DNA of 64,000 bases from Eutreptiella sp. 'Long Island Sound 2002' (Eukaryota > Protista > Euglenida). The position numbers and the translations under genes were made by a program. The first letter of the stretch is position 1. Every line of letters starts with the position of its first letter. The notes beneath the pieces were generated by a model, which had not been told where the DNA came from, searched no databases, and saw only the letters and a list, made by a program, of their open reading frames with translations. Location of the stretch: assembly GCA_964036045.1 (NCBI GenBank), contig OZ038379.1, forward strand, positions 48,112,001-48,176,000, written 5' to 3'. This document shows, in pieces, positions 51,696-61,500 of this stretch.

Positions 51696-51899
51696 CCCTA
51701 ACCCCAACTCAAGCGGCCGCGCAACAAAGCGTGCATTGCGAGTCCCTAACCCCAACTCCAGGGGCCACACAACAAAGCGTGCATTGCGAGTCCATAGCCC
51801 CAAATCCAGGGGCCACGCAACAAAGCGTGCATTGTGAGTTCCTAACCCTAACTCAAGGGGCCACGCAACAACATGGATTGTGAGTCCCTAACCCCAACT
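51696..51899 (+). repeat. 48-bp tandem repeat with a telomere-like CCCTAACCCCAAC core, continuing at 56757-56820
   Basis: Units start at about 51696, 51744, 51792, 51840 and 51886. The array resumes mid-unit (TCAAGCGGCC) right after the transposon. Confidence 0.85.
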
Positions 51900-52022
51900 C
51901 CCTTGGTACCTGTATGAAAAGTAGTATTGTTCATAATTCATATTTCATATATGAACGGTTCATATATGAACCATGAATCATGAACAGCTTTTATGAACGC
52001 TTCTTTGTCCACAGATTTTGTT

Positions 52023-53928
52023 ATGTCTTACCCTCCCTCCCTCTTGACGGAGCTGAACATGATGCTTGTTCGGCTCAGTGGTGCCACCAGTCTTCGGGAC
52101 AGCAAGTGTTCCGACCTGTTGGCACAATGGATGTCATCGTCGCCCCTCATACGGGCCCGTTTCACGGAGGCAATGGACCACGCTCCCCTCCCGGCGGTCC
52201 ACAAAACCAAGGTGCAGGCCATCCGTACGTATGCGAGGCCCTCTTTCCCGCACCCTATCTGATAGGGCTCCTTTTGGAGTTGGGTGCACCCCGCTCCGGC
52301 TTCCGGGTGTTGTCTAAGTACACCACCCGCCGGGGCAGCGCCTACACCGCCCGCACAGGACTGCCCTTCCCACAGCCCATCCCCACACGGGACCAATTTG
52401 ACGCAACGTGGAAGTCATTGACCGCCCCGCTTGCGTTGTCCCCCCCCGGTGGAATGTGCTGACCCCCCATCGTCACGTCGCTGCTGGCCCCTGCGGTCCT
52501 GGGCACAATACGTGCAATCCCGGCCGGCACTGTGCCAGTCTATTGACTGGACCCGCCCCCTCACCTTTGTGGTGCGGGGTGACGGGTATCCTTGCGTCGG
52601 TGGCAGTTGGTCGCAGCCATCGGTGGGGCCATTGAACCATGGGCTAAAGGCGCGCACACCCGCCTTCCTATGGGTCATCGGCATGGCCGTCACGGGGGAC
52701 AAGGATATAGTTGCCGTAGGCCAAATTTGGGCTCAGGTGCTACAGGTTTGTAGTTTGCATTTTCGTGATAACAAGTTGTTCATAATTCGCGCGTTCATAA
52801 TTCGAGAACCGCCGTCATAAAACGCCGTGCTGCCCATTTATGAATTCTGGACGCATTTTATGAACACCAATTATGAACACCTTTTATGAACACAGGTCCT
52901 GCAGTCCATCATTGACTGCAAAAAAATTTACTGGTGCAACAGCTGGGTGCCGGCAACGGTCCTCCTTGGTGGGGACCAGCCGTGGCTCCGGCGGCTGCTG
53001 GGCATTAGCGTGGCTCCCCAAGTGGGAAGCATTTTCAACGAGGCTGTGCGTGGCAACACGGCCAAGCAGTGGAATGGCATCGCGACTTGGAGGACAACGC
53101 GGTCAAATGCAAACAATCATCGTCGCTATCTGATGACCCGCACCCTTTGCACTGTTGCATGGCCTTTGGGAGGCTCTTCGTGGCCTTTGTGGAGGCCCAG
53201 GTGGGAAATCATCCCCCTGAGGTTGCAGGGGAGGTGCAGAAAAATTTTGTACTGCAACCGGTGTGGCGTGCGTTTGGGGGCGCACAACGCATCGGACGGT
53301 GAGGAGGCCCACAACCTGTTTTGGGCCTAGGAGCGGATTGCGCCGCTGCTTGCATACGTCCAGGAGGACCCCACGTGGCAAGCGGTTGTGGGGCTGCGAA
53401 CATTGCTGCGCACTTTGTACTCGCCGATTCCGGTTGTGCCGCGCCCTTCGTGCCGACCTATTGCTGCTGCGTTTCGGGAACATTGCTGCGGGGAGTCGGG
53501 GTCGCACTATTTGCGGTTCCTCGAAGAGGACTGTGATACCATGCTCGAGAGTGCGGATGCATGTGGGGTGGGATTGGCTGCTGTGTCAGGGGACGTTTTG
53601 GAGAGTGTAAATTACATTTTGAAGAAGGGTTACAACGGGCATACTGCTAGGGGTGGGGGTGCGGGTAAGAGTGCAGTGGAACGGGAAGCAATGGTCGTCC
53701 AACCGGTTTGGGAATGGTGGTTTCTAACCTTTGACCTGCCGTTGCTGCACTACAACACCCCACACACCGCGGCGTGCACCGCCTCTTCACTTCTGAGCAC
53801 TACCCCCCAAGCACCCACCACCCACGCACCCTCTGCGACCCAGCTCTCTTATTCTTTGCCCATCCATGGACGCCGCCGAGATGAGGAAGCTGCTGGAGGA
53901 GAGCCAGAGGGCGACGCTGGCCCTGGTA
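52023..53928 (+). pseudogene. DDE transposase with RAG1/Transib-like motif order
   Basis: FVVRGDG, LLGGDQPWLRRLLG, PLHCCMAF, DGEEAHNLF, SHYLRFL, GLAAVSGDVLESVNYILKK. Phase-0 intron 52746-52895. Frameshifts, and TAG at 53328-53330. Confidence 0.7.
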
Positions 53929-54740
53929 GTATGCTGTCTGTCGCGTTCATATTGCTTTCATAATTCGGCGTTCATAAAACCGACACTGCCATCATAAATG
54001 AATTATGAACCGATTTATGAACTCATGAATTATGAACCACTTTTATGAACGAATTATGAACCGTGTCCCCCATGTCCACAAGAGCAGCCACTGGCAGCCT
54101 ATGCTCTTCCGCCTCCTCCGCATCCTCAAGCTCCACTTCCACCTCCACCTCCAGCTCAAGCTCCTCCGCCTCCTCAAGCCCACCCCCAACCCCACGCCGC
54201 TCAGCCCGTCTCCGCCTCCCAACCCGCCGCTGACTCCTCGAGTGAGGAGTCAACAGACTTCTCGGAGTAGGAGAGGAAGAGGAGGAAGAAGGAGAAGAAG
54301 AAAGAGGACAAGACGAGGAAGAAGGAGAAGAAGAGGGAGGAGAAGAAGAAGAAGGAGGAGGCAGCGGGGGGGGGGGGGGGTGAAGGAGGAGGAGGCCACG
54401 GAGGACATCGAGGAGGTGAAGGCCGAGGTCGAGGACGTGGCAATGGAGGGGGAGGGGGCAGGGGGGGAGGGGTTGGTTGCCACCCCCTGGTAGCGGGGGG
54501 AGGCAGGCCATGCCTGGGGCCTCAGCCAGGCCAACCAGTGCCTGGTGCTGACCCTCCCCTGGGCGCAAGGGACGCTGGACAGCGGGTACTCCCCCGATGC
54601 CCCCCTTTTTTCGAGCCCTAAGGTGACTTACGTCACCCTGCGCTGGGCATTCCGGCGCATGTTGCGGCACCGCATCCGCAACAAGGGGGAGGGGGGGGCC
54701 TGGCGGTACGGGGGGGGGGGGGGCATGGGCATGGAAGCCC

Positions 54741-56360
54741 TTGGCGGGAAAGCCCCTGTCCCCCATCCCTGAACCAATTGAGCCTGAGGATTTGACGCTT
54801 GCCAAAGTTTTTTCGGGGCCGGGGGGGCGCTTGATGCGGAGCTCCCATTGGGAGCTGTTGTTCCTCCACTGGGAGGAACGGGGATGGGTGAAGCTGCAGC
54901 GCTCCGGGCGCAAGTTGGAGTGCATCCCCCAATGGGAATCCATTTTGGGGGGGGTGTATGACCCGGGGCAGGAGGCCTGGTACGAGGGAGCCGTGGAGGG
55001 CCTCACCATCACCCGCCCCATCAAGCCCCTTGCCCGGGCAGCCCCGGCCACCAGCAGCACCACAGACCCCACAGCCGCCCCCCTGGGCGCCCCTCCCAGC
55101 GCAGCGGCGAACGTGCGGACCGCCCTGGGCGCCATGGGGACCATCGGACCAGAGCCGGTTTTCGAGGTATGTGCGTTCATAATTCGTTCATAATTCGCTC
55201 ATAATTCCGCGTCCATAATTCAGCGACCCTGCACTGCCTGTTTATGAACCATGAACGCGATTTATGGACGCGTTTTATGAACGCATTTATGAATGGCACT
55301 GTCACAGGTCGTGGACGTGGAAGTGAACCCGGCGGACGTCGCGGGGGTCCGCATCCGGTACAAGTTGGGGACCGCGGACTTCAGCATCGCCCTGTCCCCC
55401 CTGTATCAGCTGCTGCTGCTCAACCGCCAGCGGGGGTGTGCCATCCTGTCCGGGCTGCGGGAGTGGGGGCGCTCCCGCCGCTTGACGGACACGTGGGCGG
55501 CCAACACCCCGTGCTAGGCGGCACTGGGGGCGTTGGGGTGGGAGGGGTGTTCGGATGAGGACATCCTGATGTCCAGTTGTGGGATGAACCGGCCAACCCC
55601 GGCCCGCCCCCACAGCGCCTCCCTAGCAAAGCCCGCCCCCGCCGAGAAACCCAAACCCCGTGCCGTGGCCCCCCCCAAACCCAGGCAACCCAAGAAGACC
55701 CCCCCGCCAAAGCGCAAATCCTTCGAATCGGGTAGCAGCTCGTCGTCTGACCAGGCACTCCCCTATCCCCATGCAAAGGGGAAGGGGAAACAGCCGCAGC
55801 AGCAAAAGCAGCGCGAGGAGCCCCCTTCTTTGGAGGGGCATGAGTCACTTGACCCCATGCTAGGTAAGCAGGTGTATGTGCCCTACACCGATGGTGTCTA
55901 CCCGGGGGTTGTAACCTCGGTTGTGGCGGGGGCGGGGGGGAGAGTGTGGGTGGAACACCCGGGGGAAAAGGAGATGTTTCGGGTTGAGAGGCATGTGTTG
56001 TATGCATCTCATGCTGCAGCAGTGACCCATTGGGAGAACCAAAAGGCTGCAGCTGCACGTAAGAAGGCCGCCAAGGCCAAAAAGAAGCCTAACCCCAAAT
56101 CAGACGCTGACCCACCGGCTGAGCCGGCCCCCAAGCCCTCCAAACCTGAACCCAAGTCTGAGGCTAAGCAGGCCCCTCAGCCCGAGCCCAAAGCTGCCCC
56201 TCAGGCCGCCCCCATGGAGGAGGATGCCCCAGCGCACCCCTCGGCCAAACCCGCAGCCCAACCACCCGTCCAAACCCATGCCCAGGCCCCGGATGGAGGC
56301 GAAACCCAGGCCACGGCCCCCCTTTGGGGGGACCCGACGGGCCCCAGCCCTGAGGTGTAG
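54741..56360 (+). pseudogene. Second ORF or C-terminal extension with a Tudor/PWWP-like domain
   Basis: Exons ...55166 and 55308-56360 join in frame across a GT-AG intron (55167-55307). One in-frame TAG at 55515-55517. The segment LGKQVYVPYTDGVYPGVVTSV...RVWVEHPGEKEMFRVERHVLY is at 55857-56003. Confidence 0.55.
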
Positions 56361-56933
56361 GGCGGCATGAACCAGCAAGGACAAGCAAGGACAAGCAAGT
56401 ACAAGAAAGATTGAAGCCTGAGCGATTTTTGTGTGCCTGTGCGGCTGTTCATAAAATGCGTTCATAAAACGCGTTCATAAAACGCTCTGCGCGTTCATAA
56501 AACGAGAACTGAATTATGAACCGAATTATGAACAGGGGAGGAGGTTTTCATAATTTTCAAAAACTGGCAAAAATGGAAATTTTTGCCAAAAAACCCTCGG
56601 CGGACAAAAAAAAAAACTCACCCCAAGGGTGGTGACCCAGGCCCCCCAATTTTGAACGAACATGGCCCATGGGTACCCTAGCAAGAGCGAAATCCGTTCA
56701 TATTTCATAAAACCATTTATGATGAACAAAACTACCTTTCATACAGGAGCCAAGGGTCAAGCGGCCACGAACAAAGCGTGGATTGCGAGTCCCTAACCCC
56801 TACGCAAGGGGCCACACAACCCCTGTTTGTCCTTGCGCCGTCTTTCCGCAAACAGTGGATCACTTCTGCAATGTTTTACGGCTTTGTCAAAAATTTATTT
56901 GTGTGTGTATCTTTTATTTGAAGTTCCGCCAAG

Positions 56934-57512
56934 ATGAACATGCTCACTTCCCCATTCAAGAAACCCGCACGGGAGCCCTTAGCTTCGACTTGTAATGCCC
57001 AACCTTCGGCGGTGGAGCCGAGCAACCCTCACAAGATGTCTACCGCCGAGCTCAAAGCAATGTTGCCGCAACAACAACACGTGATGGCCGCGATGCAAGT
57101 GCGGCTGGAGGCGCCGTTGGTGGCGGAGAACACCACTGTGCCGGACCGGGCGGTGGCGGCACTTGATGAAATTATGACGCAGGACCCCGTTGTGTCCCGG
57201 ATGCGACAGACCGCCGATGCCCTCACGGGTTACATCCAAGGTGGAGGCAAGCCAGTAGAGCGACCTTCGGAGGCCCTGGGGACGACAGCAAACTGTAGCA
57301 GGGGCGATGCGCTGCCCCCCCCCCCCCCCCGCGTTTGGATTCTTTTGCCGGATTGGCGTTCTGCCTACACCGGCCGGTACCAGTCAGACGATAAGGGGCA
57401 TGGGGACCGAGGCAATCCGCTAGACGCTCTGCTGCGGCCAGAAACGGTGAAGTTGCAGGGCCTAGCTTTACCGTTGAAGGTATTAGCTTCTCCACCCGCC
57501 AAGGAGTGCTAA
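56934..57512 (+). CDS. 192-aa ORF of unknown function
   Basis: Open frame with a helical-looking central part and a pyrimidine tract plus AG 10 nt before the ATG. No recognisable domain. Confidence 0.3.
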   Translation: MNMLTSPFKKPAREPLASTCNAQPSAVEPSNPHKMSTAELKAMLPQQQHVMAAMQVRLEAPLVAENTTVPDRAVAALDEIMTQDPVVSRMRQTADALTGYIQGGGKPVERPSEALGTTANCSRGDALPPPPPRVWILLPDWRSAYTGRYQSDDKGHGDRGNPLDALLRPETVKLQGLALPLKVLASPPAKEC

Positions 57513-58060
57513 ACTGGGTGAGCCGCAAAGGCCGTTGGATCCCAGTGACGGCGGGCCCCTCGGGTGACCGCTAGCACTGTGCCAAGGATGGCCTCGTAGG
57601 GGACACATGGTGCTGGAGCGCACAGCATAGAAGGTAAAAAATGGCAGGCAAAAGCTGAGCATATTGCTCAGGATATTTGGGGATGCTCAGCATTTATGCT
57701 CAGCAAATGGGACTCATATTGTAGGGTTGGTTTGGGAAGTCCCAGCCAAAATTTCTTCCGAGCTCCACCGGCACGGTCGGCTGGGAAGTCCATGGAACAT
57801 TCCTACCGATATCGGTTGCGTTTTGGGACCCGATCTGGCTGCCAAAACTTCCGAGCATCTTTTCCGGGGATTTCAAAAACTTCCAGGCGTTTTTCCATTG
57901 GTTTTTTGTACAATGAACTACACCGTTGTTGGTTCCCAAATCCCAAACCTTAGCAAAGAAACACACAAAAAGACAAGCATGACTGTTCACTTAAGCTTGA
58001 AATGTGAATGTTCAGTGGGCAAGACAACGCCCTGTAAACATGAAAGCCCCGTTCCTCAGC

Positions 58061-58520
58061 AGGGTTGGGAGAGGGTTGGGGGAGCGTGGGAGAGGGTTGG
58101 GAGAGGGTGGGAGAGGGTTGGGAAAGGGTGGGAGAGGGTTGGGAGAGGGTGGGAGATGGTTGGGAGAGGGTGGGAGACGGTTGGGAGAGGGTGGGAGAGG
58201 GTTGGGAGAGGGTTGGGAGAGGGTGGTAGAGGGTTGAGAGAGGGTGGGAGAGGGTTGGGAGAGGATTGGGAGCGGGTGGGTGGGGGAGGGTGGGAGAGGG
58301 TTGGGAGAGGGTGGGAGATGGTTGGGAGAGGGTTGGCAGAGGGTTGGAGAGGGTTGGCAGAGGGTGGGAGAGGGTGGGAGAGGGTTGGGGGAGGGTGGGA
58401 GAGGGTTGCGAGAGGGTGGGAGAGGGTTGGGAGAGGGTGGGAGAGGGTGGGAGAGGGTTCGGAGGGTGGGAGAGGGTTGGGAGAGGGTTGGGAGAGGGTG
58501 GGAGAGGGTGGGAGAGGGTT
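58061..58520 (+). repeat. G-rich (GGGAGAGGGT[T])n array, about 43 units
   Basis: Directly visible 10/11-nt units, purine-rich on one strand. Confidence 0.95.
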
Positions 58521-61500
58521 AGGAAAATGTGAAACAGTGGGACCATGTAGGGGGGTGGATAGTGGAGCTCACTTTGGAGCCCTGCAATTCTGTGATGGTG
58601 TGGTAAAATTCCACAAAACAAGGTTGTGGTGAAAGCTGGTGGTTGGGGGTTTACATAAAACCCCTACTTGGGAAAATCTGAAACAGTGGGCCCCTGTAGG
58701 GGGGCGGATAGTCGAGCTCACTTTGGAGCCTTCTAATTCTGTGATGGCGTGGTAAAATTCCACAAAACAAGGTTCTGATGAAAGCTGGTGGTTGGGGCTT
58801 TACATAGAGCCCCTAGTTGGGAAAATCTGTAACAGGGGGCCACTGTAGGGGGGCGGATAGTCGAGCTCACTTTGGAGCCTTGCAATTCTGTGATGGTGTG
58901 GTAAAATTCCACAAAACAAAGTTCTGATGAAAGCTGGTGGTTGGGGCTTTACACAGAACCCCTAGTTGGGAAAATCTGAAACAGTGGGCCCCTGTAGGGG
59001 GGCGGATAGTCGAGCTCACTTTGGAGCCTTCTAATTCTGTGATGGCGTGGTAAAATTCCACAAAACAAGGTTCTGATGAAAGCTGGTAGTTGGGGCTTTA
59101 CATAGAGCCCCTAGTTGGGAAAATCTGAAACAGTGGGCCTCTGTAGAGGAGCGGACAGTCGAGCTCACTTTGGAGCCTTCTAATTCTGCGATGGTGTGGT
59201 AAAATTCCACAAAACAAGGTTCTGATGAAAGCTGGTGGTTGGGGCTTTACATAGAGCCCCTAGTTGGGAAAATCTGTAACAGGGGGCCACTGTAGGGGGG
59301 CGGATAGTCGAGCTCACTTTGGAGCCTTCTAATTCTGTGATGGTGTGGTAAAATTCCACAAAACAAGATTCTGATGAAAGCTGGTGGTTGGGGCTTTACA
59401 TAGAGCTTCTAGTTGTGAAAATCTGAAACAGGGGGCCCCTGTAGGGGGGCGGAAAGTCGAGCTCACTTTGGAGCCTTCTAATTCTGTGATGGTGTGGTAA
59501 AATTCCACAAAACAAGGTTCTGATGAAAGCTGGTGGTTGGGGCTTTACATAGAGCCCCTAGTTGGGAAAATCTGAAACAGGGGGCCACTGTAGGGGGGCG
59601 GATAGTCGAGCTCACTTTGGAGCCTTCTAATTCTGTGATGGTGTGGTAAAATTCCACAAAACAAGATTCTGATGAAAGCTGGTGGTTGGGGCTTTACATA
59701 GAGCTTCTAGTTGTGAAAATCTGAAACAGGGGGCCCCTGTAGGGGGGCGGAAAGTCGAGCTCACTTTGGAGCCTTCTAATTCTGTGATGGTGTGGTAAAA
59801 TTCCACAAAACAAGGTTCTGATGAAAGCTGGTGGTTGGGGCTTTACATAGAGCCCCTAGTTGGGAAAATCTGAAACAGGGGGCCACTGTAGGGGGGCGGA
59901 TAGTCGAGCTCACTTTGGAGCCTTCTAATTCTGTGATGGTGTGGTAAAATTCCACAAAACAAAGTTCTGATGAAAGCTGGTGGTTGGGGCTTTACATAGA
60001 GCCCCTAGTTGGGAAAATCTGAAACAGTGGGCCCCTATAGGGGGGCTGATAGTCGACCTCACTTTGGAGCCTTGTATTTCTGCGATGGTGTGGTAAAATT
60101 CCACAAAACAAGGTTCTGACCAAAGCTGGTGGTTGGGGCTTTACATAGAGCCCCTACTTGGGAGAATCTGAAACAGTGGGCCCCTGTAGGGGGGCGGATA
60201 GTCGAGCTCACTTTGGAGCCTTGCAATTCTGTGATGGTGTGGTAAAATTCCACAAAACAAAGTTCTGATGAAAGCTGGTGGTTGGGGCTTTACATAGAGC
60301 CCTTAGTTGGAAAAATCTGAAACAGTGGGCCCCTGTAGGGGGGCGGATAGTCGAGCTCACTTTGGAGCCTTCTAATTCTGTGATGGTGTCCTAAAATTCC
60401 ACAAAACAAGGTTGTGATGAAAGCTGGTGGTTGGGGCTTTACATAGAGCTTCTAGTTGTGAAAATCTGAAACAGGGGGCCCCTGTAGGGGGGCGGATAGT
60501 CGAGCTCACTTTGGAGCCTTCTAATTCTGTGATGGTGTGGTAAAATTCCACAAAACAAGGTTCTAATGAAAGCTAGTGGTTGGGGCTTTACAGAGAGCCC
60601 CTAGTTTGGAAAATCTGAAACACGGGGCCCCTGTAGGGGGGCGGATAGTCGAGCTCACTTTGGAGCCTTCTAATTCTGCGATGGTGTGGTAAAATTCCAC
60701 AAAACAAGGTTCTGATGAAAGCTGGTGGTTGGGGCTTTACATAGAGCCCTTAGTTGGGAAAATTTGAAACAGTGGGCCTCTGTAGGGGGGCGGATAGTCG
60801 AGTTCACTTTGGAACCTTGCAATTCTGTGATGGTGTGGTAAAATTCCACAAAACAAGGTTCTGATGAAAGCTGGTGGTTGGGGCTTTACATAGAGCACCT
60901 AGTTGGGAAAATCTGAAACAGTGGGGCCCTGTAGGGGGGCGGATAGTCGAGCTCACTTTGGAGCCTTGCAATTCTGTGATGGTGTGGTAAAATTCCACAA
61001 AACAAGGATCTGATGAAAGCTGGTGGTTGGGGCTTTACATAGAGCACTTAGTTGGGAAAATCTGAAACAGTGGGCCCCTGTAGGGGGGCGGATAGTCGAG
61101 CTCACTTTGGAGCCTTCTAATTCTGTGATGGTGTGGAAAAATTCCACAAAACAAAGTTCTGATGAAAGCTAGTGGTTGGGGCTTTACATAGAGCCCCTGG
61201 TTGTGAAAATCTGAAACAGTGGGCCCCTGTAGGGGGGCGGATAGTCGAGCTCACTTTGGAGCCTTCTAATTCTATGATGGTGTGGAAAAATTCCACAAAA
61301 CAAAGTTCTGATGAAAGCTAGTGGTTGGGGCTTTACATAGAGCCCCTAGTTGGGAAAATCTGAAACAGTGGGCCCCTGTAGGGGGGCGGATAGTCGAGCT
61401 CGCTTTGGAGCCTTCTAATTCTGCGATGCTGTGGTAAAATTCCACAAAACAAGGTTCTGATGAAAGCTGGTGGTTGGGGCTTTACATAGAGCCCCTAGTT

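Larger units (their letters stand above)
51900..56756 (+). mobile_element. Complete DNA transposon (4857 bp) with a RAG1/Transib-like transposase
   Basis: About 37-bp imperfect TIRs CCCTTGG(TA/CT)CCTGTATGAAA(A/G)GTAGT(A/T)TTGTTCAT. It interrupts the 48-bp repeat with an apparent 1-bp T duplication, or TC if one C was lost. Confidence 0.85.

Noticed and set aside
2331-55517. Stop-codon reassignment suggested by many in-frame TGA/TAG codons
   Set aside because: Both TGA and TAG occur alongside frameshifts in the same genes, and most are one transition from TGG, CGA or CAG. Ordinary decay explains them.
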